DNA of 64,000 nucleotides. Source: a virus. The stretch covers positions 79,666 through 143,665 of the IMG/VR virus record IMGVR_UViG_3300023184_000038, one strand, 5' to 3'. Positions 1 through 9,883 of the stretch are shown here, in pieces. Position 1 is the stretch's first letter. Every line of letters begins with the position of its first letter. A model generated the notes under the pieces. It was not told where the DNA came from. It saw nothing but the letters and a program-made list of their open reading frames with translations, and did no database searches. Position numbers and translations under genes: made by a program.

Positions 1-8
1 TTTTTACA

Positions 9-2180
9 TTGATTGAAGATGCTGATGTATTAACTGGATGGAACTCTGAGGGATACGATATACCATATATGGTTAATCGTGTTACTAGGATAATGAGTAA
101 AAATGATACTAGAAAATTTTGTTTATTGGGACAACTTCCCAAACCTAGAGTATATGAAAGATATGGTAAAGAGGAAACTACATATGACTTAGTTGGACGA
201 GTACATTTAGACTATTTACAACTTTACAAAAAATATAACTATGAATCTAGACATAGTTATAAACTTGATGCCATTGGTGAAATGGAAGTAGGGGAAAATA
301 AAACTCAATACGAAGGTACACTTGATCAATTATATAACAAAGACTTTAAAAAGTTTATTGAATATAATAGGCAAGATACAATGTTATTAGTTAAAATTCA
401 TAATAAACTACAGTTTTTAGAACTTGCTAATCAAATAGCACATGAAAATACTGTGTTGTTACCAACGGTTATGGGCTCGGTTGCTATGATTGAAATGGCA
501 ATTATGAATGAGGCTCATGCCCGCGGAGTAGTTATTCCAGATAAAAAACGAAAGGTCGAAAATGCAGAAGAAACACAACCAGCGGCAGGTGCCTATGTTG
601 CTACTCCCAAAACGGGAATTCATGAATGGGTCGGCGCAGTGGACATCAATTCGCTCTACCCCTCAGCAATCCGCGCTCTTAACATGTCCCCGGAAACCAT
701 TGTTGCTCAGGTCAGACAAACTTTAACTGATCAGTACATGCTTGATAAAAGTCAACGCTTGGCACGTGAGAAAAAACGACATAAAGAAGGTGATGATGAT
801 GTTACTGGCAGTGTGCTTTGGGAAGGGCTATTTGGTAGTTTGGAATATACCTCAATTTTAAATCAAGATAGAGGTATGATGCTAACATTGGACTATGCTG
901 ACGGAACTGAAGTTGAAATGAGTGCGGCCGAAATATGGAAATTACTATTTGATAGTAATAATCCATATATGATTAGTGCTAATGGTACTATCTTTACTCA
1001 CGCAAATGAAGGTGTTATTCCAGGATTATTATCTAGGTGGTACTCGGATAGAAAAGTAATGCAGAAAAAACTTAAAGAAGCCACAACTACTGAAGATAAA
1101 GATTATTGGGATAAACGTCAACTTGTTCGTAAGATTTTGTTGAACTCTGCATATGGTGCATTGTTGAATGAACATTGCAGATTCTATGACAAACGTATTG
1201 GTCAAAGTGTAACATTATGTGGTAGGCAAATTGTAAAACACATGAGTGCTCACATTAATGAAATTATCACAGGTAACTACGATTTCACAGGTCAAGGAAT
1301 AGTGTATGGTGATACTGACTCTTGTTATTTTAGTGCATGGCCTGCAGTAAAAACAGAAGTTGAAGAAGGTAAAATGGAATGGTCAAAGGAAACTTGTATC
1401 GGATTGTATGATGGTATTGCCGAGCAAATTAACATAGAGTTTCCTGTTTTTATGGAAAAAGCATTTCATTGTCCAAGAAAAAACGGATCTATTATTCGTG
1501 CTGGAAGAGAACTAGTAGCAGACCGTAGTTTGTTTATTACTAAAAAAAGGTATGCAGTAAACATTTATGATAAAGAAGGTAAACGTTTAGATAAAGATGG
1601 TAAAATGGGATATATTAAAGCCATGGGTCTTGATTTAAAACGTGCTGATACCCCTAAATATGTACAAGAATTTTTAATGTCGGTATTAACACTGGTTTTA
1701 TCTGGCAAGCAACGTGATGATGTTATAGAAATTATTAAAACCTTTAAGCATGAAATGAGCCTGCAGGAAAGTTGGACTAAAGGTAGTCCGAAATCAGTTA
1801 ACAAACTTACTGCATATGGCAATAAAGAAGAAAATAGTAAAACAGGTAAGGCAAATATGCCAGGACATGTACGTGCTGCACTAAACTGGAATACTTTACG
1901 TAGAGTGCATAATGATAACTATTCAATGAAAATAATGGATGGTATGAAAGTAGTTGTATGTAAATTAAAACAAAATCCAATGGGATATACTTCTATAGCA
2001 TATCCTACTGATGAATTAAGATTACCGGTCTGGTTCAAAGAATTACCATTTAATGATGATGGAATGGAACGCACATTGATTGATGAAAAAATAGAAAATT
2101 TATTGGGCGTATTGTCTTGGGATTTACGTAGTAGCACTGATACTAAATCAACTTTTGATGATTTATTTTCATTTGGTTAA
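9..2180 (+). CDS. Family B DNA polymerase (T4 gp43-like), 5' end truncated by window edge
   Basis: Motifs DINSLYPS (A), KILLNSAYG (B), YGDTDS (C), exonuclease motifs WNSEGYD and YNRQD; frame open to the window start. Confidence 0.97.
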   Translation: MIEDADVLTGWNSEGYDIPYMVNRVTRIMSKNDTRKFCLLGQLPKPRVYERYGKEETTYDLVGRVHLDYLQLYKKYNYESRHSYKLDAIGEMEVGENKTQYEGTLDQLYNKDFKKFIEYNRQDTMLLVKIHNKLQFLELANQIAHENTVLLPTVMGSVAMIEMAIMNEAHARGVVIPDKKRKVENAEETQPAAGAYVATPKTGIHEWVGAVDINSLYPSAIRALNMSPETIVAQVRQTLTDQYMLDKSQRLAREKKRHKEGDDDVTGSVLWEGLFGSLEYTSILNQDRGMMLTLDYADGTEVEMSAAEIWKLLFDSNNPYMISANGTIFTHANEGVIPGLLSRWYSDRKVMQKKLKEATTTEDKDYWDKRQLVRKILLNSAYGALLNEHCRFYDKRIGQSVTLCGRQIVKHMSAHINEIITGNYDFTGQGIVYGDTDSCYFSAWPAVKTEVEEGKMEWSKETCIGLYDGIAEQINIEFPVFMEKAFHCPRKNGSIIRAGRELVADRSLFITKKRYAVNIYDKEGKRLDKDGKMGYIKAMGLDLKRADTPKYVQEFLMSVLTLVLSGKQRDDVIEIIKTFKHEMSLQESWTKGSPKSVNKLTAYGNKEENSKTGKANMPGHVRAALNWNTLRRVHNDNYSMKIMDGMKVVVCKLKQNPMGYTSIAYPTDELRLPVWFKELPFNDDGMERTLIDEKIENLLGVLSWDLRSSTDTKSTFDDLFSFG

Positions 2181-2187
2181 ACTGGTG

Positions 2188-2216
2188 TTGACTTGTGCAA
2201 AAAAATCCACTATAAT
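2188..2216 (+). promoter_or_regulatory. sigma70-type promoter for clamp gene; TAAATA late-type box follows at ~2233
   Basis: TTGACT-17bp-TATAAT. Confidence 0.7.
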
Positions 2217-2266
2217 ACACATAGAAAATACCTAAATAGTATTACAATTTTTAATAAAGGAAAAAC

Positions 2267-2992
2267 ATGAAAGATAATTTAAAAGATTTAGTTGCTTATA
2301 CACATGGCATTGAAGGAATAGATACTGTAAAAATTACTGGTACAGATACATCAACTATTATTAATGCAGCCGCCGAAGATAAAACCGTTATAATTATCGG
2401 GGAATTTAAAAATCCTATCGCTGATTTTATTGGTACGTTTGGTATGCCTAATTTATCTAAATTAAAGACAATACTTGGATTTGATAATTATGATGAAAAT
2501 GCTAAGATCAATGTTACGCAAAGTACAACTGCTCCGGGAACTCCTGTAGGAATTCACTTTGAATCTAAAGACGGCGACTTTATTAATGATTATCGGTTTA
2601 TGAGTAAAGCCTTAGCAGAAGAAAAAGTGCGTGTAATGAAATTTAGAGGTACTACTTGGGACGTAAGTTTTGAACCCACTATCGCAGGAATAATGCGTTT
2701 AACAAAACAACAACAATCTGCCGACGATGTAAATTTTACATTGAAAGTTGAAAAGGGAGATTTAAAAATGTACTTTGGTGATTTAGGAACTCACTCAGGT
2801 AATTGTCTATTTCATCCCATGGTTACAGGCACGTTGACTAATGTATGGAAATTTCCTGTTAAACAATTTCTTGCTATTATAAATTTAGCAGGAGATAAAA
2901 TGATTCGCATTGCAGATGCCGGAGCATTAGAAATAGTAATTGACAGTGGAATTGCAAAATACACATATCTATTACCAGCAGTTATTAAATAA
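2267..2992 (+). CDS. Sliding clamp (T4 gp45-like)
   Basis: 241 aa directly after polymerase; FGMPNLSKLKTIL and C-terminal YTYLLPA pattern typical of phage clamps. Confidence 0.7.
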   Translation: MKDNLKDLVAYTHGIEGIDTVKITGTDTSTIINAAAEDKTVIIIGEFKNPIADFIGTFGMPNLSKLKTILGFDNYDENAKINVTQSTTAPGTPVGIHFESKDGDFINDYRFMSKALAEEKVRVMKFRGTTWDVSFEPTIAGIMRLTKQQQSADDVNFTLKVEKGDLKMYFGDLGTHSGNCLFHPMVTGTLTNVWKFPVKQFLAIINLAGDKMIRIADAGALEIVIDSGIAKYTYLLPAVIK

Positions 2993-3028
2993 CATGATTT
3001 TTGAGCAAGATAATCTAGCAAATAAAAA

Positions 3029-3397
3029 ATGATAAAGAACATTAATCGTCACGGTAAGTATATGGATGTAATTGGCGTTAATACTAACAATCACATTGTT
3101 ACCTACGGTGGAGCACAAGGTGTAGGCAATCTAAGATTCAATACTAATAATCAAAATATGGAAATATATGACGGTAATAGTTGGGCTGCACTCCATATGG
3201 GATATGTTACGGTAGGACTAACTCCTGACGCAGAATCATTACTTGATTGGGCTAGAAAAAAGCGTGATGAAGAAATGGAATTAGAAGCACTAGCCGAAAC
3301 TAATTCTACTATCAAAGACTTGATGGATACTATTAAGCAAAAGCAAGAACAATTAGAAATAGTTAAAATCTTGATTGAGAAAGAAGTAACAGTTTGA
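3029..3397 (+). CDS. Hypothetical protein (GNLRFN..MEIYDG motif, C-terminal coiled coil)
   Basis: ORF in operon, overlaps next gene. Confidence 0.65.
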   Translation: MIKNINRHGKYMDVIGVNTNNHIVTYGGAQGVGNLRFNTNNQNMEIYDGNSWAALHMGYVTVGLTPDAESLLDWARKKRDEEMELEALAETNSTIKDLMDTIKQKQEQLEIVKILIEKEVTV

Positions 3398-5010
3398 AAC
3401 AAGACAATCTTTCAGCAAAGCATAACCCAGAGTGGGCATTGTTCTTACCCGCAGTCAGTAGTTTTTACATTGCTGGTTTGGGTAAGCAACGCAAGGGCCA
3501 GAATTATTTTGACCAAGCACGAATCCCTGCAAGTTTTAATGGTGATGTAGAGAAACTAAACTTTCTTAACAGTAAAGAAGGTCTTTACTATTACAAGTGG
3601 GGACTATACAGTGCTGGTCACGCTAATTTAGATACAACCGTTGATGATCCTAATGAATCTGTCATACGTGAACGTGAAGCAGGTACTTTCATGTTGGGAG
3701 ATAGTGGTGGATTTCAAATTTTAAAAGGTCAATGGCCAGCAGATTGGAAAGATCCTAACTGTCCTCGTGCTATGAAAAAACGTAAAGCAGTATTGAAATG
3801 GATGGATACATACATGGATTACGGTATGTGTTTAGATATCCCAAGTCAATCTGAATTTACTTATCATTTACAAGATAAGAACGGGGTTTCATTGCATGGT
3901 ATAAAAAAGATTGAGGAAGCTATTACTGCCACTCACATTAATAATGAATATTTCATTGCAAATCGTTCGGGCAAATGTAAGTTTTTAAATGTATTACAGG
4001 GGCGTGATCATACTGCTAGTGGCACTTGGTATGCTGAAATGAAAAAGTATTGCGACCCAACTATATATCCAGAAAATCATTTTAATGGATGGGCGTTTGG
4101 TGGTCAGGTAAAAATTGACCCGCATTTGATGTTAACAAGGATGGTAGATATTATCCATGACGGATTGCTACAAGAAGGTAAACACGATTTGATTCATTGT
4201 TTGGGTACAAGTATATTGGAATATGCAGTATTGTTTACTGATATACAAAAGGCAATTCGTAAATATCACAATCCAAAACTTCAAATTACATTTGATTGTG
4301 CAAGCCCATTCTTTGCCGCTGCTAAAGGGTTGGCATATTTCAATACTAATATTGAACATAATAAAAAATGGTCCTATAGCATGGAAAAGACAGCAGAGAA
4401 AAAGTCTTATGCTAATGATACTCGCAAGTTTAGGGACGCTGTATTATCTGAAAACATCCATAAAGTGTTTACAGATAGTCCAGTAACTGATATACTTACA
4501 CTTAAGGATTTGTGCTATCGTGGTCAGGGGTTTATAGGTCAACATGGTAAAGAAACTAAAACAAGTTGGGATACATTGAGTTATACATTGCTTCAAAGTC
4601 ATAATGTTTGGATGCATATGAATGCAGTTCAAGAAGCCAATCGTAAATATGAAATAGGTTTAATTCCAAAAATGTTGTCTCATCAGTTTGAGGGTGGTAG
4701 ATTTTTTACAGAATTGGTTGATGAAATCTTTTCAAAAAGTACAAAGCAAGAAGCGGTAGATTTAATTGATAAACATGATAGTTATTGGAAACAATTTCAA
4801 TCAGGTAGTCAGGGCATCAGTGGTAAGAAAACTGATAATTCTAGGACTAAGCATAAGCAATTGTATGAGGAAACGGATGATAGTTATTATCAACAATTTC
4901 AATCAGGTAGTCAGAGCAGCAGTGGTAAAAAAACTGATAATTCTAGGTCGATGTATGATGAATTGTTTGAGGAAGTTAGTAACGATATAAATGAAGTAAT
5001 AGGAAAATAA
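3394..5010 (+). CDS. dpdA: TGT-fold deazaguanine transglycosylase, DpdA family
   Basis: TGT motifs DSGGFQ, CLDIP, LNVLQG, WAFGG, HCLG, TFDCAS; clustered with folE/queD/queE. Confidence 0.8.
   Translation: MKQDNLSAKHNPEWALFLPAVSSFYIAGLGKQRKGQNYFDQARIPASFNGDVEKLNFLNSKEGLYYYKWGLYSAGHANLDTTVDDPNESVIREREAGTFMLGDSGGFQILKGQWPADWKDPNCPRAMKKRKAVLKWMDTYMDYGMCLDIPSQSEFTYHLQDKNGVSLHGIKKIEEAITATHINNEYFIANRSGKCKFLNVLQGRDHTASGTWYAEMKKYCDPTIYPENHFNGWAFGGQVKIDPHLMLTRMVDIIHDGLLQEGKHDLIHCLGTSILEYAVLFTDIQKAIRKYHNPKLQITFDCASPFFAAAKGLAYFNTNIEHNKKWSYSMEKTAEKKSYANDTRKFRDAVLSENIHKVFTDSPVTDILTLKDLCYRGQGFIGQHGKETKTSWDTLSYTLLQSHNVWMHMNAVQEANRKYEIGLIPKMLSHQFEGGRFFTELVDEIFSKSTKQEAVDLIDKHDSYWKQFQSGSQGISGKKTDNSRTKHKQLYEETDDSYYQQFQSGSQSSSGKKTDNSRSMYDELFEEVSNDINEVIGK
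4775..4974 (+). repeat. 102-bp imperfect tandem duplication in DpdA C-terminus
   Basis: DSY..QFQSGSQ..SGKKTDNSR occurs twice with 102-nt period. Confidence 0.9.
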
Positions 5011-5011
5011 T

Positions 5012-5221
5012 ATGCCATATAAAAATCATATAACACATTTACATGAAATATGTAGAGCATCTGAAGATAAAATTAGAAGATTAGAAAGTTCTAAAGCGGA
5101 TGAAAACTACATAGAAACTGAAAAAAATCAACTAGATAAGTATTATGCTGAACTTTCTAAGTTAGATAAACTTCAGTGGATAGAAGATCATGAACGTATT
5201 AACTTTGAGGATGATAGATAA
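5012..5221 (+). CDS. Hypothetical protein
   Basis: ORF tightly packed in operon. Confidence 0.6.
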   Translation: MPYKNHITHLHEICRASEDKIRRLESSKADENYIETEKNQLDKYYAELSKLDKLQWIEDHERINFEDDR

Positions 5222-5673
5222 TGGATCCTGTAGAAATGGCACTGTTTGAAAAACGTGTACGAATTAGCTCTCAGGCTAAACGTATGATATATGTAACCTT
5301 TCAAAAAGAAGGGATACATTGCTATCCGGCAGCAGCAACTGATATTAATTTAAAAACAGAAAATGAATATGATGTTTCATTTTTATCTAATCCGCATAGG
5401 CATATATTTCACTTTAATGTATCAATACAAATATTTCATAATGACCGCGATATTGAATTTATTCAATTTAAACGCTGGCTTGAAAATTTGTATAAAGAAG
5501 GTACTTTGGAATTGAATCATAAAAGTTGTGAGATGATGTCAGATGATTTGTACGAACAAATATCTCGGCGCTATCCCAATCGTGATATTGTAATAACTGT
5601 CTCAGAAGATAATGAGAACGGAGCTACAATTTATTATAATGTAAGTAGACCAGTGCATTATGTTAGTATTTAA
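5221..5673 (+). CDS. dpdL: QueD-like T-fold protein, probable CDG decarboxylase DpdL
   Basis: LSNPHRHIF matches the LxxxHRHxF signature; also SCEM and VSEDNENGA; a canonical queD is present separately. Confidence 0.7.
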   Translation: MDPVEMALFEKRVRISSQAKRMIYVTFQKEGIHCYPAAATDINLKTENEYDVSFLSNPHRHIFHFNVSIQIFHNDRDIEFIQFKRWLENLYKEGTLELNHKSCEMMSDDLYEQISRRYPNRDIVITVSEDNENGATIYYNVSRPVHYVSI

Positions 5674-5685
5674 AGAAAGAACCCA

Positions 5686-5877
5686 ATGGCAAAATTAACT
5701 AAATTATTAAAAGTAAGTGAATCACTTAGTATCAATCGGTATGATAACGGATGGATGCTTGAAATTAGCGGTAAGGATAAAGAAAATGATTGGAAAACTA
5801 CCAAAACATTATGTAACAGTGAAGAAGAATTATTAGCAATTATTAAAGAGTGGAATTCAATCCAATTGGACAATTAA
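5686..5877 (+). CDS. Hypothetical protein
   Basis: ORF with RBS-like upstream. Confidence 0.6.
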   Translation: MAKLTKLLKVSESLSINRYDNGWMLEISGKDKENDWKTTKTLCNSEEELLAIIKEWNSIQLDN

Positions 5878-5903
5878 ATTTTATTAAACAGAAAGAAATT
5901 AAT

Positions 5904-6110
5904 ATGGCAAAACTAACTTTTCAACCTAATCCCCGCGTTCAACAACTATTTGAGGATCTTGATAAATTTAAAGAATTTTGTGTCAATTTTGGATACAAAT
6001 ATGATGAGTCAGAATTATATGACATGCGTAGTTATGCATGTAGACAATTTAATAAATTCATTACCGGTAAGGTTCCTAAAGACCAATGGCAGGAAAACGC
6101 TCGTCCATGA
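5904..6110 (+). CDS. Hypothetical protein
   Basis: ATG 5904, ATGA overlap with next gene. Confidence 0.6.
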   Translation: MAKLTFQPNPRVQQLFEDLDKFKEFCVNFGYKYDESELYDMRSYACRQFNKFITGKVPKDQWQENARP

Positions 6111-6544
6111 AAATAGTGTTGGTCACTGGTGGATTTGATCCTCTGCACAGTGGTCACATTGAGTACTTTAGGTCTGCCAAGAGTCTAGGTGATCAACTAA
6201 TTGTGGGTTTGAACAGTGACGAATGGTTGGCTCGTAAAAAGGGTCAACCTTTTATGCCGCTAAGTGAACGCAGAATTATAGTTGGCAATCTTAAAGACGT
6301 TACTGCAACAATCGTGTACAATGATGACAATGGTTCTAGTTGCAAAGCAATAGAACAATTACTACTACATTGTAGTCCAGATGATGAATTAATTTTTGCA
6401 AACGGCGGTGATAGAACTAAAGAAAATATACCCGAAATGAGTATAACTGATAGTAGAGTAAAATTTATGTTTGGGGTCGGTGGAGAAAACAAGATAAATT
6501 CCAGCAGCTGGATTTTACGCCAATGGGACAAATGGAAGAACTAA
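6107..6544 (+). CDS. HIGH-family cytidylyl/adenylyltransferase (RfaE domain II/TagD-like)
   Basis: TGGFDPLHSGH, VGLNSD, FANGGDR, NSSSWIL. Confidence 0.88.
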   Translation: MKIVLVTGGFDPLHSGHIEYFRSAKSLGDQLIVGLNSDEWLARKKGQPFMPLSERRIIVGNLKDVTATIVYNDDNGSSCKAIEQLLLHCSPDDELIFANGGDRTKENIPEMSITDSRVKFMFGVGGENKINSSSWILRQWDKWKN

Positions 6545-7719
6545 TGAGAAAACTATATTACATGGGGCTTGAGCCCTACAAAGCAAGATACACCCTGCAG
6601 TTACAAGACTGGAATGAAACTGTATTCAAGAAAAGAAAACTTGATTATGTAATTGTGCCCGGCGAAACTCTTAGCAATGATCAAGCAATTGTAACAGGTC
6701 AAGTATTAGATGCACATGGTCGTACATACTTTGGTATGTCACAACTGATGAATTTAATCAAAATGATGAAGGCTGGAGAATTAACCAATGAAGATGTTAT
6801 TTACTTTGAGGATATGTTTCAGCCTGGAATCGAAAGCCTCCCGTATATTCTTAAGCAAATCGGTTCTGCTCACCGGCCTAGGATTTATGTTCGCTGTCTT
6901 GCTCAGTCCATTGATCCTGATGATTTTGTTCATGTATGGGGTATGCAACATTTCATGGGACATTATGAAAAAATGGTGGACTCGTTTGTAGATGGTGTAC
7001 TTGCTACTAATGAAGAAATGGTAATGCACATGAAGATTGCAGGTTGGAAGGCTCCGATCTACAATATCAGTGGATTAGCATTCGGCAAGGCAGAAGTACA
7101 AAGTCGTGTTACTGATATTAAACCATTTGCTGATCGTAAATACCGTGTAGTATTCTCTGCACGTTGGGATCAAGAGAAGCAGCCCGATTTTTATATGGAT
7201 TTGATAGAAGCATGGCATGCTCAACCTGGATTGGAAGAAGTTGAATTTTGTGTATGTAGTGGTAGTTTGTTGAAATCAAATAACGAAAGTTATATGACTC
7301 GTACCCGTGAGTTGTTTCTTGCCGGCAAACTTAAAATATATGAAAACTTAGAAAAAAATGATTACTATACTATCGTTAATGATAGTCGTGTTGTGTTTAA
7401 TTGCGCCCTTCAAGATTGGGTTTCCAACACAGTCAGTGAAGCAGATAGTCTTGGGTGTAATGTTTTATACCCTGCTTATCGGTCTTTCCCTGAAACTTTT
7501 TCTAATGACCATACCAGACTTTATGTCCCTTGGAGTATAGAGGATGCTATGGATAAGTTGGAAGCGTTATTGGACTTCCCTCACCCAAGAATGGGAGAGA
7601 TCAGTGACTACAATAATGGTACAATTGATCGTATCATTGATATTTTAGAAGGTGGTGGACAGAGTATGTTGAGAATGTCCACTGATTATAGAAAACATAC
7701 CCGCGAATCAAAATATTAA
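6544..7719 (+). CDS. GT-B glycosyltransferase
   Basis: ARWDQEKQP and QDWVSNTVSEA..GC..YP..RSFPE donor-binding motifs. Confidence 0.75.
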   Translation: MRKLYYMGLEPYKARYTLQLQDWNETVFKKRKLDYVIVPGETLSNDQAIVTGQVLDAHGRTYFGMSQLMNLIKMMKAGELTNEDVIYFEDMFQPGIESLPYILKQIGSAHRPRIYVRCLAQSIDPDDFVHVWGMQHFMGHYEKMVDSFVDGVLATNEEMVMHMKIAGWKAPIYNISGLAFGKAEVQSRVTDIKPFADRKYRVVFSARWDQEKQPDFYMDLIEAWHAQPGLEEVEFCVCSGSLLKSNNESYMTRTRELFLAGKLKIYENLEKNDYYTIVNDSRVVFNCALQDWVSNTVSEADSLGCNVLYPAYRSFPETFSNDHTRLYVPWSIEDAMDKLEALLDFPHPRMGEISDYNNGTIDRIIDILEGGGQSMLRMSTDYRKHTRESKY

Positions 7720-7729
7720 GGAGAAAATT

Positions 7730-7918
7730 ATGAACGCACATACAGATATTAAAACACAATTGGCAGCATACGAAGCCGAACATGAAAAGTTTGAAAAAGG
7801 TAATGCAGCAGCTGGAACTCGTGCCCGTAAAGCATTGGGTGAACTAGCAAAAGCAGTTAAGGCTCGTCGTAACGAAATCACCGCAGAAAAAACAGCAAGA
7901 AAAGAAGCCAAGTCTTAA
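7730..7918 (+). CDS. Histone H1-like Hc1 family DNA-binding protein
   Basis: EKFEKGNAAAGTRARKALGELAK..KARRNEI signature; strong AGGAG RBS. Confidence 0.8.
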   Translation: MNAHTDIKTQLAAYEAEHEKFEKGNAAAGTRARKALGELAKAVKARRNEITAEKTARKEAKS

Positions 7919-7920
7919 TA

Positions 7921-8136
7921 ATGGCAACTCGTAAAAAGAAATCAGAAGTAACTATTGATGCGTCCGGTCCGGATGTTGTACAGATAGTTAAAGGTAATCA
8001 CTTAACAGTTACTACATTTCCAAATGGCAAAACTAAATTAGTTTGGGATTGGGATGCCCTATTACAAGAAGTCAAAGAGGCTATTGCTAATGTTGAGGGA
8101 AAACCAGCAAAAAAGTCAAAGTCAACTGTAAAGTGA
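7921..8136 (+). CDS. Hypothetical protein
   Basis: ORF in operon. Confidence 0.6.
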   Translation: MATRKKKSEVTIDASGPDVVQIVKGNHLTVTTFPNGKTKLVWDWDALLQEVKEAIANVEGKPAKKSKSTVK

Positions 8137-8318
8137 AAACACAACAGGAAATTTGGGAATCATTTGCAAAACCCGTTTTCCCTCATCTCAATGAACATCA
8201 GTTGGCTGAATTAAAGATTGAGGCTGTAATGGATTGGGGCTTAGGCATTGACACTGAATTGAGTGTCATGTACGACAAGTACGTAATGATGAAGAATTTA
8301 ATGGATGCAACGTACTAA
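8133..8318 (+). CDS. Hypothetical protein
   Basis: GTGA overlap with previous ORF. Confidence 0.55.
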   Translation: MKTQQEIWESFAKPVFPHLNEHQLAELKIEAVMDWGLGIDTELSVMYDKYVMMKNLMDATY

Positions 8319-8320
8319 AG

Positions 8321-8392
8321 ATAAATAATAATGTAAGATACACAACGGTATCTTACATTTCAAAAACAAACCATCACAAAGGAAGGTTATCT
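8321..8392 (+). promoter_or_regulatory. Late-type promoter (ATAAATA) plus structured folE leader
   Basis: Perfect 12-bp stem AATGTAAGATAC/GTATCTTACATT (8330-8359); AACC..GGTT stem overlapping the SD. Confidence 0.6.
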
Positions 8393-9070
8393 ATGAGTTA
8401 TAATAAAACAAAAACAGATCCAGAGTTGGGTCAAAAAGTTCATCAACACTTAGTTAAAATGGGAGTTGAAACTCCTACAAAAAAATCACCGATTTCAGAT
8501 CGTAAAGACAAGATTGCAGTAATTGAACCATTGTTTGCTGAAATTATGAAAACATTAGGTCTTGACTTGAGTGACGATAGTTTATGCGATACTCCAAAGC
8601 GTGTTGCCCGAATGTATGTCAACGAAATCTTTTGGGGATTAGACTACGATGCATTCCCAAAATGTACCGCAGTTGATAACAAAATGAAATACAACGAAAT
8701 GGTTTGCGAACGTAATATCAATGTACAAAGTAATTGTGAACATCACTTTGTAGTCATCGACGGGCTAGCAACTGTAGCATATGTTCCCAATCAAAAAGTG
8801 CTTGGATTGAGTAAAATCAATCGTATAGTAGAATACTTTAGCAAGCGTCCACAAATACAAGAACGATTGACTGAACAAGTATTTCATGCATTGCAATATA
8901 TCCTTGAAACAGAAGATGTTGCGGTTATGATAGATGCACAACATTATTGTGTTAAAAGCAGGGGAGTTGAGGATACAGGTAGTTCAACCGTTACAAGTAA
9001 ACTTGGTGGTGGATTCAAAAGTGACCCGGCTGCTAGAGCAGAATTTTATCAACTAGCAAGACAGAGATAA
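8393..9070 (+). CDS. folE: GTP cyclohydrolase I
   Basis: [40 protein letters not shown]. Confidence 0.97.
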   Translation: MSYNKTKTDPELGQKVHQHLVKMGVETPTKKSPISDRKDKIAVIEPLFAEIMKTLGLDLSDDSLCDTPKRVARMYVNEIFWGLDYDAFPKCTAVDNKMKYNEMVCERNINVQSNCEHHFVVIDGLATVAYVPNQKVLGLSKINRIVEYFSKRPQIQERLTEQVFHALQYILETEDVAVMIDAQHYCVKSRGVEDTGSSTVTSKLGGGFKSDPAARAEFYQLARQR

Positions 9071-9075
9071 AATTA

Positions 9076-9192
9076 ATGGAAATTTTTATAATTATCGGTA
9101 TCAGTGCATTGGCATTGATTTTAGTTTTTATGGATAAATCATCTGATTGCAATAAAAATTGTTCTCAAGGCAGAAAGTGTGATTGTAAATAA
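9076..9192 (+). CDS. Small membrane protein with Cys-rich tail (38 aa, not in ORF track)
   Basis: Translated by hand: MEIFIIIGISALALILVFMDKSSDCNKNCSQGRKCDCK. Confidence 0.55.
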   Translation: MEIFIIIGISALALILVFMDKSSDCNKNCSQGRKCDCK

Positions 9193-9428
9193 TGGGATTT
9201 CGTAAACCAATGGACTACACCAATGTTCATCATCAAATTTATATGGCTGGTGTAGAATTGCATTCTGGTCATAATGACGGATACACTACTTGGGAAATCA
9301 AAAAAGATTTACATCGTATCAAATGGTTATTAGATGAAATCATGGCTGATTCACCTACTTACGCCGACGAAAAAGAATTCTTAGATGAACATTCTAAAGT
9401 AAAGATGTGGAGAACATTAAAAAAATGA
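9192..9428 (+). CDS. Hypothetical protein
   Basis: Overlapping start/stop junctions. Confidence 0.6.
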   Translation: MGFRKPMDYTNVHHQIYMAGVELHSGHNDGYTTWEIKKDLHRIKWLLDEIMADSPTYADEKEFLDEHSKVKMWRTLKK

Positions 9429-9883
9429 TATTCAACAAAATCAAAGAACTAAAAGAGCAAGGGCTTAGAATTGGAATCACTTTTAGCCAGTTTGATTTAC
9501 TTCACGCTGGACATATTGCTATGCTTAGCCAAGCTAAAAATCACTGTGACTATCTTATTGCTGGATTACAAAACAATGCACAGTGGGATCGTCCTGAAAA
9601 GAATGCACCCATTCAAAGTATTGTTGAAAGACAGATTAGTTTAAGTGCAGTGAGATTCGTAGATGAAATTGTAGTTTACAATACAGAAAAAGATTTGGAA
9701 GATATTCTACTTACATTACCCATTGATGTACGAATTTTAGGTGTAGAATACAAAGATAAAGATTTTACCGGTTATGGAATATGCCAACAGCGTAACATTG
9801 AATTAGTGTTCAATGGGCGTGATCACAGTTTTAGTAGTTCAAGTTTGCGTAAAAGAGTAGTTGAAGCAGCAAAGGATAAATAA
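9425..9883 (+). CDS. Glycerol-3-phosphate cytidylyltransferase-like (TagD family)
   Basis: FDLLHAGH, CDYLIAGLQ, VDEIVVY, RDHSFSSSSLRKR. Confidence 0.88.
   Translation: MIFNKIKELKEQGLRIGITFSQFDLLHAGHIAMLSQAKNHCDYLIAGLQNNAQWDRPEKNAPIQSIVERQISLSAVRFVDEIVVYNTEKDLEDILLTLPIDVRILGVEYKDKDFTGYGICQQRNIELVFNGRDHSFSSSSLRKRVVEAAKDK

Noticed and set aside
3394-5010. Canonical tRNA-guanine transglycosylase for queuosine
   Set aside because: Lacks the C-terminal CxCxxC zinc site, and context (pol/clamp, DpdL, no queC/queF/queA) favours DNA modification
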